DNA of 62,409 nucleotides, the filler included, from an uncultured Methanosarcinales archaeon (GTDB lineage: Archaea; Nanobdellota; Nanobdellia; Woesearchaeales; CAYSVS01), in assembly GCA_964434475.1 (NCBI GenBank). It is 3 parts of 3 records of this genome, joined end to end, with 100 filler letters (N's around TTAATTAATTAA, not from the genome) between each part and the next. Parts side by side here need not be neighbours in the genome. Positions count along the whole stretch, not along the records: positions 1 to 21,327 come from CAYSVS010000019.1; 2 more parts are not named here. One strand, written 5' to 3'. A program made the translations under genes and the position numbers. The notes under the pieces were generated by a model, which worked only from the letters and a program-made list of their open reading frames with translations, ran no database searches and was not told the origin of the DNA. How positions within the stretch are numbered: position 1 is the stretch's first letter; every line of letters starts with the position of its first letter. This document shows, in pieces, positions 10,041 to 19,855 of the stretch.

Positions 10041-11063
10041 ATGCGGAAAATTACACTTTGGTTTTTGATTTTTGTATTATTTATGCAGATTTCATCAGCT
10101 GCTTTGATAAGAGGATCTATATATGATATTTCATTAGATAAGAGATCTAATGTTATAGTTACTATTGATACTAATCCTAAGCAGGCTATAATTGCACATG
10201 AAGGAGACTATGAGTTTAGTCTTCCTGTTGGTAATTATACTATAAGGGCAGATTATTATGTGAATAAAGCACTGGATTCAACAGCTGAAGAGAGTATAGT
10301 GGTTGAGAATGAGAAAGGTTTCTATAAATTAGATATTATACTTATGCCTGCTATAGAAAATGAGATAAAAGAATCCGAGATAAATATAGAGTCTGATGAT
10401 GAATACTTTAAGGTTGATAGTAATTCTCGCGTATTTTTTTTAGTTATTATTTTTATCGTCATTCTTTATTTTTTTTATAACTTCAAGATAAAGAAACGTA
10501 GTGAAAAATTACAAATAAATGATAAAAAAAAGAAAAGAACCAAAAACAAGCCAAAAGTATCAAAAAAACCAAAGAACCCAAAACATAACAAAATCAAAGA
10601 TTCTGCAAATGATATTGGGGCTGATTATAGAAGTATAGTTAAGGCTTCTTTAGAACCTCATAATATATCTTATGAAACTGTCCATTATATGGATGAGCCC
10701 CGCGAAGAGGTTAAAGAGCAGAAACAAAAAGAAGATAAAATAGAAGAACAGAGCTATCATGAAGAATTGGTAAAAAAGGTTGTAGCATTTGTCAAAGATC
10801 AAGGAGGAAGTACAACACAAAAGGACATAAGAAAAAATTTTACTAGTTCAGAAGCAAAAATTAGCTTAGTATTGAGTGAGCTTGAGCATAACGGAATATT
10901 GCAAAAGATTAAAAAAGGAAGAGGTAATATAATAATATTGAAAACAAAGAATAAAGAGAAGAATTTTCAAGATAGTTATTTGTCAAGACAAAGTCAGCCA
11001 TTAGAAAGAGGTGATAAAGATAAAGTACATAGAGAAAATTCTGAAAACAATAGAACAGGATGA
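10041..11063 (+). CDS. Membrane protein with extracellular beta-sandwich and C-terminal winged HTH (COG2512-like)
   Basis: Signal peptide, GDYEFSLPVGNYTI, one TM, then GGSTTQKDIRK..SEAKISLVLSELE..G..KIKKGRGN. Confidence 0.8.
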   Translation: MRKITLWFLIFVLFMQISSAALIRGSIYDISLDKRSNVIVTIDTNPKQAIIAHEGDYEFSLPVGNYTIRADYYVNKALDSTAEESIVVENEKGFYKLDIILMPAIENEIKESEINIESDDEYFKVDSNSRVFFLVIIFIVILYFFYNFKIKKRSEKLQINDKKKKRTKNKPKVSKKPKNPKHNKIKDSANDIGADYRSIVKASLEPHNISYETVHYMDEPREEVKEQKQKEDKIEEQSYHEELVKKVVAFVKDQGGSTTQKDIRKNFTSSEAKISLVLSELEHNGILQKIKKGRGNIIILKTKNKEKNFQDSYLSRQSQPLERGDKDKVHRENSENNRTG

Positions 11064-11643
11064 CTTGCCTAAACAAAGGATGAGCATAAGGCAGATAAAG
11101 GATAAAGTAGAGGAATTACCTGATTCTGAAAAGATAATAGATCAGCTATCTTTGAGCTTGAAGCAGCATAGAAACAATAGAGCATTGTTCAATGAAGTAA
11201 TTAGCTTGAATGTATTGCTATCAGAGCTTAAGGAAAAGAGCATAATACTTGAAAACATAGTAAGCTTTGCATATTATCTGGCTGTTTTGAAAGTAACGAC
11301 AATAAGCAAGGATTTTAGACAGACAAGGAGTATAATATCCAGATTCCTTAATCAAAAGGATACAAAATTAAGTTTTATAATATCTGAAACATTTGCGTTT
11401 GAAGATAAAATAAATGAATTAGAGCATAAATATTGTGAATTTATATCTCTGCTGAGCAAAGAACATGCTTTAGAGGATAAGTTGTTTTCTGATACACAAG
11501 TAGAATCGGAAAATATAACTAAGCTCAAGGAAACAGCATCTAAGCAAAAAATAATTATCCATAATATTGGCTTGACTTTTTCTGAACTGGCTAAGCAATT
11601 ACTGAAGAATAAAGAGTATAAGAAATATATAAAGAAAAGATAA
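11011..11643 (+). CDS. Hypothetical helical protein
   Basis: 210-aa ORF overlapping the upstream gene; SD GAGGTGA at 11008-11014. Confidence 0.6.
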   Translation: MIKIKYIEKILKTIEQDDLPKQRMSIRQIKDKVEELPDSEKIIDQLSLSLKQHRNNRALFNEVISLNVLLSELKEKSIILENIVSFAYYLAVLKVTTISKDFRQTRSIISRFLNQKDTKLSFIISETFAFEDKINELEHKYCEFISLLSKEHALEDKLFSDTQVESENITKLKETASKQKIIIHNIGLTFSELAKQLLKNKEYKKYIKKR

Positions 11644-11647
11644 AATT

Positions 11648-12080
11648 CATTCTAAATTTTTATGCGATGAACTCAAATAACTGCCGTCTATCTGCGCTCT
11701 GATGATGATAACAGCTTCAGCTTTTCCAGGTACAAAGTATTCATCAATCGCATTTGTTTTTTTATAAGGCAATAATCTATCTGAAAGAGATATGTTTTAA
11801 TTTTTCAAAAGTATACTTTCATAATATTCAGGTATAATTCCCTACCTAGTCAATTCTTTGTATAGCTCTGTTTTTTTTGTAGAATATTCTGTTCTCTTTT
11901 TATTTTTTGAAACAGCCTATATCTTTGATACCTAATGCTGCTCTTTCAAGTTCATTTGCTGTATAATATATTAAGTTGATATCTGCTATATTTCTGGCCG
12001 CACTTTCTAATATTATCAATAATTCCTAAAACGGCGTGCTTTTGTCTTGTTATGGTATTAATCTATATTTATTCATCGTG
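11648..12080 (-). pseudogene. Probable decayed gene
   Basis: Protein-like fragments (e.g. ANELERAALGIKDIG; PYKKTNAIDEYFVPGKAEAVIIIRAQIDG) separated by stops and frameshifts, directly downstream of the 12093-15140 operon. Confidence 0.3.
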
Positions 12081-12092
12081 TTTTATCACTTT

Positions 12093-12938
12093 TTATTTTT
12101 TCTTTTCTTCAAGAGCATTTTTCAATACTTCATCCAGATCAGCACTGCAGCTTACGATATTATGGCCATTATCGTTTACAGCTTTTACTCTAACTGTATC
12201 ATTCTCTACTTCAATCTCTAAGTGGTTGTAGTTGAAATCTTTGCAACTATTTCTAGGCATTGTTTCTTTTCCCAAAAATAGTCTCCATGTATTATCGTCT
12301 TTTCTTAAATATCTGATGTTTATACTTTTTTTGCATGAACTCTTGCAGCTTATGTCTGAATACTCTGTATGGTCCCAAACTATTGCAAGTACTTTATAAT
12401 TTTCAGTTTCAGCATATATCATATCTTTAGGGTATGAGTTTAGGTACATGTCAAAAAACCCGCATTTACTATGTTTAATCTCATTAAGTACTTCTGTCGG
12501 CACATTTTCTATTATCCTTTGCTCCATACTTTTTTCTGAAGATTCTGAATCAAGATTCAGCATCTTTTCTAGCTCTTTGATCGCTTCTTTTGCATATGTT
12601 ATCTTCATCTTTTGATCTACTTCTGAACTGACAAATTTCTCTCCTGATTTCCTTTCCATAAAACTTTCATAATGCTTCAATGAATTTTGATAATTTTCTG
12701 CAGCATCTTCACTATTCAATTCCTTAATCTTTCCTTTTGCAAGTTCAATCTTTGCAGATAGTTCTTCATTAACTGTTTTACAATTGCCAGTAAATAACTG
12801 AAATTCAAAGCTAGATATGCTAGATTCATATTTATTCATTGCTTCTTCTATTTTTCCTTCTAATTCAAACTTTCTTGCTTCAGCAAGCAATTCAGATTTT
12901 GCATATCCTAAGCTTTTGTACATGCTTTCAATTTCCAT
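12093..12938 (-). CDS. Hypothetical protein (N-terminal MIT/TPR-like helices, C-terminal beta-rich domain)
   Basis: AEARKFELEGKIEEAMNKYE helical pattern; overlaps the upstream gene. Confidence 0.6.
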   Translation of the reverse strand: MEIESMYKSLGYAKSELLAEARKFELEGKIEEAMNKYESSISSFEFQLFTGNCKTVNEELSAKIELAKGKIKELNSEDAAENYQNSLKHYESFMERKSGEKFVSSEVDQKMKITYAKEAIKELEKMLNLDSESSEKSMEQRIIENVPTEVLNEIKHSKCGFFDMYLNSYPKDMIYAETENYKVLAIVWDHTEYSDISCKSSCKKSINIRYLRKDDNTWRLFLGKETMPRNSCKDFNYNHLEIEVENDTVRVKAVNDNGHNIVSCSADLDEVLKNALEEKKK

Positions 12939-14706
12939 TTTTATCTACCTCTGCAATCTTTTTCCTTAGGTCTATTGCTTGTTGGTACTTTGATGATTTT
13001 TCGTAAAGGTCTGCAAGTAAGTTAACTTCATCCTTTGTGCCTTTTGCATATCCTGCTTTTTCAAAAGCAGTTGCAGCAAATCTTGTGCTATCAGACGCTG
13101 CTCTTGTTCCAAGTTTAATCCACGCATCTCTGCTTAATTCTATTCCATTTGACTCTAAAAATTCAAAAACATTTATACTCCATAAAGTAGTACAATCTGA
13201 ATTTGGAGTTATGTTTTCTGCAATTATGTTTTCTATTGCTTTATCATCCAATTCTGCTTTTCTAAGATATCCAAGTCCTGTGTCTAAATATTCTTTTCTA
13301 TTATGCCTTAAATTATCTTTGCCTAATTCTATATATAATTCTCTAGCTTCTTCGATAAAGCCAAATGCTTCATAAAATTCTGCATCATATTGATTTCTTC
13401 TTCCGTTTCTTTTTCCATTTTCAATCACTGTTCTAACTCTATCTGTTATCTCTTCTTGGCTTAATCCTGATTTAGCAAAATATTCTTTTGCTTCATCTTT
13501 TGATGATGGGGATTTCAAATAACTCTCTGCTACCCTCAGATTGATCTCTTCTTCATCCATGCCTGCTTTTCTGAAAGCTTTCATAGATGTTATTCTATCT
13601 TTATTCAAGTTGTACATCGCATAATATTTCCACATTTCTCTAGCTTGTTCTTGTTCTCCGAGATTTTCATAGCAGATAGCTTCTTTACCAACATTTTTTT
13701 CTTTTTTTACAAATTTCAATGTTTCCTGCCACAATTCTTTATTCTTACATTCTTTTTCAATAAGCCATTCAATGGTCTTATGTGTGTTATATCCTTCATG
13801 TGTTGAACATTGTAGATATCTTCTTGCCATTACTTCAATTGCTTCAGTCATTAATTTTTCAGGAAGTTGAGTTATGAACTTTTCAGCTTCTTCTAATGGC
13901 TGTTTTTCTTGGATTATTGTATTCAAACATTCTATTCCTGTCTCTGTCTGTTTTTTATCATCTAATCTGTTGAAATATTTGTTTATGAGGTATGGTTTTG
14001 TCAATATGCTTTTGTAGTTCTCTTGCAGGAATTCTTCTGCTTCTTTTCTTCCATAAGTTTCAAGAAAAGTCATAATGCTCCCTTTACTTTCTTTTATTTC
14101 TTCAGCAATAGATAATGCCATGCTAAAAAATTTTTCTTCTGCTTCCTTTTTACTTAATCCATATCTTAGATATTTAGCTATCTTTTCGTCTAAGTATTCT
14201 TTTGCATCTCCACTAGAACCGCATCTTAATCCAAAAATCCTAAAAACTTCTTCAAGTTTGCAGTCTACTTTTGTTATTCCTATTTTGTCTGCTTTTTCTT
14301 TATTTCCTATTTTTGCATATATTTTTTCAGCTATTTCATAATTTTGTTCAGCTTTTTCATGCATATTTTTGACGTTGTCATAGATATTTTTTTCTTCTGA
14401 CTTCATAATGCTTTCAGCTTCAGAAAGTGCCAGATCTGCAATAGTCTCTCCTATTTTGTTTCTTTTGTCTTTATTTTCTATTTTGTTACATATCTTATTA
14501 AATCTATAATTTGCACTCCAGACATCTTGATTTTCTATGTGTGTGTCTATCAATAGTCTTGTCAGTTCAATTTTAGTTATAGGACTATAATCTTTAAATC
14601 CTTTATCATTTTTATTATCTATTATATTTCTCAAGTAATATTTCCTTATTGACTTATCCTTAAGAAATTCCATATCCTCTTTTATATCATCTATTGTTTT
14701 AGTCAT
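12928..14706 (-). CDS. Helical-repeat (TPR-like) protein
   Basis: Recurrent A..YE.LG..E.A..L.. and AFEKAG-type units over 592 aa; ATGA coupling to the upstream phosphatase. Confidence 0.65.
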   Translation of the reverse strand: MTKTIDDIKEDMEFLKDKSIRKYYLRNIIDNKNDKGFKDYSPITKIELTRLLIDTHIENQDVWSANYRFNKICNKIENKDKRNKIGETIADLALSEAESIMKSEEKNIYDNVKNMHEKAEQNYEIAEKIYAKIGNKEKADKIGITKVDCKLEEVFRIFGLRCGSSGDAKEYLDEKIAKYLRYGLSKKEAEEKFFSMALSIAEEIKESKGSIMTFLETYGRKEAEEFLQENYKSILTKPYLINKYFNRLDDKKQTETGIECLNTIIQEKQPLEEAEKFITQLPEKLMTEAIEVMARRYLQCSTHEGYNTHKTIEWLIEKECKNKELWQETLKFVKKEKNVGKEAICYENLGEQEQAREMWKYYAMYNLNKDRITSMKAFRKAGMDEEEINLRVAESYLKSPSSKDEAKEYFAKSGLSQEEITDRVRTVIENGKRNGRRNQYDAEFYEAFGFIEEARELYIELGKDNLRHNRKEYLDTGLGYLRKAELDDKAIENIIAENITPNSDCTTLWSINVFEFLESNGIELSRDAWIKLGTRAASDSTRFAATAFEKAGYAKGTKDEVNLLADLYEKSSKYQQAIDLRKKIAEVDKNGN

Positions 14707-15140
14707 TGATTACACCTTTCATTCACTTTGTTAGATCTATTGACTTCAATTCTTTTGTATTGGCCTTCCTTCATTCTTTGGTCTAGGTATTTCTTTATTA
14801 CTGGTTCATGTGTAACTGCAATAAAATCCTCATCATGTGAATCTAAGTGTGTGCTTACAAGACACTCCAAATCTTCATGATCTATGTCTAATTTTTCAGA
14901 TTCTACCAATATCATTTTCTGCGGAAGCTTATCACCCAATATCCCTGCCAATAGTTCTGCAGTTTGTCTTGCTCTAGGTAAAGGACTATGGTAAATGATT
15001 AGCCTGCGCTTATCAGAAGTGTTTAATGACAAATAATCCTCGCTTATTTGATCTGCATTTTTCAATATCTGAGTTATTCCTTTTGTATTTAAGTGCACAG
15101 AACCATAATGTCCGTGTCTCATTATGTATCCGTATGTCAT
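14703..15140 (-). CDS. Histidine phosphatase superfamily, SixA-like
   Basis: MRHG, LNTKG, SPLPRARQTA and VTHEP catalytic motifs in a 145-aa protein. Confidence 0.8.
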   Translation of the reverse strand: MTYGYIMRHGHYGSVHLNTKGITQILKNADQISEDYLSLNTSDKRRLIIYHSPLPRARQTAELLAGILGDKLPQKMILVESEKLDIDHEDLECLVSTHLDSHDEDFIAVTHEPVIKKYLDQRMKEGQYKRIEVNRSNKVNERCNQ

Positions 15141-15287
15141 TTTCTTTTCCTCATTTTAGTTTGTATTTTTACTTATATGTAGTAAGCTTAGAAAAAATAT
15201 ATATCAATTCGATATTAAGAATATTCTTTATATTCTTTTTAAATAAAAATAGCAATTTTTATAAAGAACCGTAACTTAATACATAGT

Positions 15288-16169
15288 ATGAGACGTAATA
15301 TAATCAAACAAGGGAATAATTCCTTTACATTGACATTGCCTATCAAATGGATTAGGAATAACAATTTAGAAGGAGGAGATGAACTCTTTATAGATGATTC
15401 TGAAGATGGCTTAAGGATTAAACTGCAGGAGAAGCATATTAAAAAAACAAAAAAGATTGACATCAAAGGATCTTATTTGCGCACTGTCAAATATATAATT
15501 CAGCAATTATACAGGCAAGGATATGATGAAATTACAATTAATTATGACTCTGAGCAGACTTTTAAGATAATAGAACAAGTGATTGAGAATTATTTTTTGG
15601 GAATTGAGATAATCGATAAAAAACCAGAAATGTGCAAGATTGCTGTGATCGTTGAGACTGAACAGGATAAGTTCAATATATTCCTTAGGAAGATATTTCA
15701 GATTATACATGAATCATTGAGTAATATTTCTGAGAAAAAAGAACTGGATAAGTTTGAAAGTTTATTCTTAAAATTAAATTCCTATCAGAATTATTGCAAA
15801 AGATATTTGTACAATACAAAATATAACTTGAGTAATTATGACCATTATTCTTTGTTGTCTTATCTGTTGAACATACAAGCGGATATAGACAAGCTGGCAA
15901 AGAATATAGCTAAAAAGAAAATAGTCTATGACAAAAACTCTATAGACAATTTTAGATACTTAATGAATATCTATGAGTCCATCGAAAAAGCATTCTATAA
16001 GCATGACATAAAAGGACTTATGGATATAAACAAACAAATCCACGAAATCATAGAAAAAAACTACTCCAAAAAAAGCAATTTCATACTGCATCATGGGCAA
16101 GTGGAATTATTTAGGTTGATGTATGGTGCAATATCTCCTATGCTGGGAATATTGTTTCAAGAAAGATGA
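15288..16169 (+). CDS. AbrB/SpoVT-domain regulator with PhoU-like helical domain
   Basis: MRRNIIKQGNNSFTLTLPIKWIRNNNLEGGDEL AbrB fold; LYRQGYDEI and GIEII typical of archaeal AbrB-PhoU regulators. Confidence 0.8.
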   Translation: MRRNIIKQGNNSFTLTLPIKWIRNNNLEGGDELFIDDSEDGLRIKLQEKHIKKTKKIDIKGSYLRTVKYIIQQLYRQGYDEITINYDSEQTFKIIEQVIENYFLGIEIIDKKPEMCKIAVIVETEQDKFNIFLRKIFQIIHESLSNISEKKELDKFESLFLKLNSYQNYCKRYLYNTKYNLSNYDHYSLLSYLLNIQADIDKLAKNIAKKKIVYDKNSIDNFRYLMNIYESIEKAFYKHDIKGLMDINKQIHEIIEKNYSKKSNFILHHGQVELFRLMYGAISPMLGILFQER

Positions 16170-18247
16170 TTCTTGTAAACTTCTGCGACTGAAACTAATC
16201 TGTCGACTAAATCATTATTGTAATCTATAGTGCTTCTATATTTTGCAATCCTTAATGATTCTAAGAAAATTGTTTCTTTTATCTTTAAGTTAAACTCTTC
16301 TCTATTGAATTCTTTGTCTGTTCTATTGTTGATATATTCATTTATCTTTTCATCAACCCATGCTATATTTTTGATGTTTTCAAAATCTGTTTCCTTGTCC
16401 AATAAAGCTCTTGCTATATCTTTGTATTCTGTTCCAGCACAGCAATCACCAAAATCTCCTAATTTGTAGCCATTAAACCAATTATCCCATTTTGTATCGT
16501 TGTGGATTATTGTTGTAGGATTTTCTAATTCTTTCTCGTGTCTTTGTCTTATGCTTTCGTATAATTCTTTTGTTTTTTTGTCACTGATATCTGAACTGCT
16601 TATCCTGCCAGATTCCATTATGTATTCGATGTCTCTAAAATAATTCACAACCTTTTTCGCTAGCTTATCATTGTCTAGTTCATCTTTCATTACTGTATGT
16701 AGTTTAGCCAGAATTTTCATCCTATGACTGTAATTGTCTCCTATGTTCTCTTTTTCATTCTCTTCTTTTTCTATTTTAGAACATAATACATATAGTTCAT
16801 TGCTTCTTAACTCTCCTAGATCATAAGCTGAATTAATGTCTTGGTCTAATCCGTTTTCATCAAGAACTCTTCTTATTTCGATCTCTTTATTGTATTTGTC
16901 TTTTCCTTTGCATATTTTCGGAAACAAATCTTTAGGTGCAAGCACACCTCCATATTTTTCAATCTCTTTTATTTCTTCTTCGCTGAACACTTTTCTTTCG
17001 TGGCCAGATTGGTATATTATCGGAATATCTAATCCTTTTTCATCAAGCATAATTCTTATTGTTTTTAGATTCTCAATTCCTTTACCTAATGCACTCTTTG
17101 TTTTCTGCCATTCGTTGCTTATGAATATCGCAGCTATATTTTCTAGATTATCTATGCTTTCATAATCTTTATTGATAACCAGCTTATCTGTTACTGGATT
17201 TTTTCTTATTACTTTGCTTAAGTCTTCACTTATTATTAAAAATTTATAGTTAATCTTTTCTTGTGAATTACCTCTTAGCGAGGAATCTATGTATTTCACA
17301 TATTCAGGCCAGATGTGTTTTGCACGTTCGTGGTTCTTGGAGAAGTTTATGTCATCTTCAGTCATATATCTTTTAATATGGCCGTTTATTGAATGGTTAA
17401 GATAATGCACTAAAGTAGGATAATGGTTTTTTAGAGACGAATGATTTATCTCATATCTTTTAATATTGTTTTCGCTAAAAAAATTCTGAAGTTCTATATT
17501 TTTGTTGAAATCATCTAAATCTTCATATTGAACAAAATAGAATCTTTCTTCTATATTTTTATCATCCATCCATTTTGCAATTCTTTCAAAATTAGAGATA
17601 TTTTCACCAGGCTTCAGATGGTTTGAATTGATTATTGCTAAAGTTTTTTTTCCTAATTCAGCATGGTTTAGGTTATCGATATCATCTATAAAATCCTCTT
17701 TATTTACACCAAAAAGCAATGTGTTTTCTTTATCTAATGTTTCCATCACATCCCGTACATTAGGATAATAGTAGCATTCAGGATGCGATGTTTCTTCATT
17801 GTCTATCGTGATTATCGTATCAAGTTTCATTGCTTTGTGTAAATTAGTGTATTCTTCTTTATCTTCATTTTTTGAAAATCCTTCAAATTCCCATTTCTTA
17901 AAATTAATACGTTCGAGTCTAAGACCTAAGTAGCATTCATTTACGTATTCTTCTGCACGCAGTAAAATGTTTGCCGTATCGAGTTTATCATTATTATCTT
18001 TCTTCCTTTTCTTTCTATGTTCATAATATTTTATATGCTTACGTATATCTGCTTCCTTAAGAAGCTCTATCTTTTCATCTAAGCTAAAGATTTTGTTTTT
18101 ATCTTTAGGTATATCTATGCTTTTTGATTCTTCTGTTTTAAACTGCTTGACAATAGAACTTAAAAACCACTCTAATTGATTATCTTCAGAATTATCGGAA
18201 TTCTTCCATTTTTTCAAATCTTCTGTTGATGGTTTAACTTCTTTCAT
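16157..18247 (-). CDS. Receiver-like domain fused to APH/choline-kinase-like phosphotransferase
   Basis: C-terminal LAKLH, IHNDTKWDN, GDFGD and YKDIAR; central KFLIISED...GIENLKTIR...DIPIIYQSGH...PK receiver pattern. Confidence 0.65.
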   Translation of the reverse strand: MKEVKPSTEDLKKWKNSDNSEDNQLEWFLSSIVKQFKTEESKSIDIPKDKNKIFSLDEKIELLKEADIRKHIKYYEHRKKRKKDNNDKLDTANILLRAEEYVNECYLGLRLERINFKKWEFEGFSKNEDKEEYTNLHKAMKLDTIITIDNEETSHPECYYYPNVRDVMETLDKENTLLFGVNKEDFIDDIDNLNHAELGKKTLAIINSNHLKPGENISNFERIAKWMDDKNIEERFYFVQYEDLDDFNKNIELQNFFSENNIKRYEINHSSLKNHYPTLVHYLNHSINGHIKRYMTEDDINFSKNHERAKHIWPEYVKYIDSSLRGNSQEKINYKFLIISEDLSKVIRKNPVTDKLVINKDYESIDNLENIAAIFISNEWQKTKSALGKGIENLKTIRIMLDEKGLDIPIIYQSGHERKVFSEEEIKEIEKYGGVLAPKDLFPKICKGKDKYNKEIEIRRVLDENGLDQDINSAYDLGELRSNELYVLCSKIEKEENEKENIGDNYSHRMKILAKLHTVMKDELDNDKLAKKVVNYFRDIEYIMESGRISSSDISDKKTKELYESIRQRHEKELENPTTIIHNDTKWDNWFNGYKLGDFGDCCAGTEYKDIARALLDKETDFENIKNIAWVDEKINEYINNRTDKEFNREEFNLKIKETIFLESLRIAKYRSTIDYNNDLVDRLVSVAEVYKNHLS

Positions 18248-18401
18248 TATTATATAATATATGCTTTATTGTTATATAAATGTTTTGTTTTTAACCACTT
18301 ATAAGAGACAAAAGAATAATAAACCGTCCCTTTTAGGTTACCACTTTATATAGGTTAAACTAGTTACATTTATAAACATTCATCACTGTGTATTGGTTAA
18401 G

Positions 18402-18542
18402 ATGGGGGACGAATTAAGAACTTGTATAGACTGTGGCGCAAAAATTCAGAGCTTTTCTCCAATGAGAAAGTACTGCTATGACTGCAGGATAAAGAGAAGA
18501 AGGATCTGGGCAGAAAACACCAGGATTAATAAGAGAGAGTAA
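18402..18542 (+). CDS. 46-aa zinc-finger microprotein (not in ORF track)
   Basis: MGDELRTCIDCGAKIQSFSPMRKYCYDCRIKRRRIWAENTRINKRE*: CxxC-x13-CxxC plus basic tail; TTTATAAA at 18369-18376. Confidence 0.65.
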   Translation: MGDELRTCIDCGAKIQSFSPMRKYCYDCRIKRRRIWAENTRINKRE

Positions 18543-19830
18543 ACACCTTATCATTTGGTCTGCACTGTTTTTCAACCTTTATTGCAATCCTTTGAGATTT
18601 CTTAGCTGAATCAATGTTCTTATGGTTAATCTGCATTTCTTTAACCTGTTGTTCAAATGTTCCTGTTGTAGGGCCTTGTATCATTATCTTATCTCCAACC
18701 TTAATCTCTCCAGTTTCTATCATGATTTCAGCTACATCTATCTTCTTGAAGAAATTCCTTATTGTCCCGATAAAATGTTTTTTTGTCTTTGATGCACTTC
18801 CATACCTATCATGAAAATCATCGGCTGTTGGAGTTCCTAAATAAAATCCAGTATGGAATTGTCTATTGTAGACTTTTTCCAATTCTTTGATCGCATTTTC
18901 TTTGCTTGTTTCAAATGCAGATTTATCTTTTTCATCAGATATTTCTTTTTTATTTTCTTTATTTTGTTTTTCATTATTTTCTTTTATTATTTCTTTGCTT
19001 TTATTTTTATCTTTAATATTGCGATATTCATCACGTAATTTCCTATACTTTTTAACACATACATCAACATATTCTGGGTTTCTGTTTCTTCCTTCAATCT
19101 TGAAAATGTCTATGCCTGCTTCAACAAGTTTGTCGATTATAGATACTGTGCACAAATCTTTTGGACTCATCACATAATTATTTCCTATTTTTAGCTTAAA
19201 CTCTTTTTCAACATCTTCAATTATATATTCTCTTCTGCATGGCTGTAGGCATTCTCCTCTATTTGCGCTTTTGCCGAAAACAAATTGCGACATAAAACAT
19301 CTTCCAGATATTGCAACACACATAGCACCATGTATAAAACATTCTATCTTAATATCTAATTTTTCTTCAACAATCTTTTTCTTGATATATTTTATCTGTT
19401 CTAATGTTAAATCTCTTGCCAATACAACAGCTTTTGCTCCTAATCTTGCATATAATTTTACAGCTTCAAAATTACTTACAGATGCTTGTGTTGATATGTT
19501 GATCGGCAACTGTAATTCATCACATAATTTTATTACAGCTGTGTCCCAACAGATGATTGCATCAATATCAGCTTCTTTAGCAGCTTGCAGAATCTGCTTT
19601 ATCTTTTCCAACTCATTATCATAAACAATAGTATTTACAGTCAGAAAAGCTTTAACATTTGCATCATGACATTGCTTTACAATGCTTTTTAATTCATTCA
19701 ATTCAAAATTACGAGCAGCTGCACGCATATTCATTCCCTTTACACCAAAATAAACAGCATCTGCTTTTGCGTTTATAGCAGCAGCTAACATGGCTTTGTC
19801 TCCTACTGGTGCAAGGATTTCTGGCGTCAT
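18526..19830 (-). CDS. U32 peptidase family protein (TrhP/RlhA-like Fe-S hydroxylation protein)
   Basis: PEILAPVG, ADAVYFG, STQAS, ECFIHGAMCVAISGRC, ANRGECLQPCR, MSPKDLC, FKIEGR; C-terminal beta-barrel. Confidence 0.9.
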   Translation of the reverse strand: MTPEILAPVGDKAMLAAAINAKADAVYFGVKGMNMRAAARNFELNELKSIVKQCHDANVKAFLTVNTIVYDNELEKIKQILQAAKEADIDAIICWDTAVIKLCDELQLPINISTQASVSNFEAVKLYARLGAKAVVLARDLTLEQIKYIKKKIVEEKLDIKIECFIHGAMCVAISGRCFMSQFVFGKSANRGECLQPCRREYIIEDVEKEFKLKIGNNYVMSPKDLCTVSIIDKLVEAGIDIFKIEGRNRNPEYVDVCVKKYRKLRDEYRNIKDKNKSKEIIKENNEKQNKENKKEISDEKDKSAFETSKENAIKELEKVYNRQFHTGFYLGTPTADDFHDRYGSASKTKKHFIGTIRNFFKKIDVAEIMIETGEIKVGDKIMIQGPTTGTFEQQVKEMQINHKNIDSAKKSQRIAIKVEKQCRPNDKVFTLSY

Positions 19831-19855
19831 AATTTTTCTAAAAATTAGAGTTCTT

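Noticed and set aside
18890..19030. K/E/N-rich insertion in the U32 protein as a separate element
   Set aside because: Low-complexity in-frame loop without repeats or mobile-element hallmarks.
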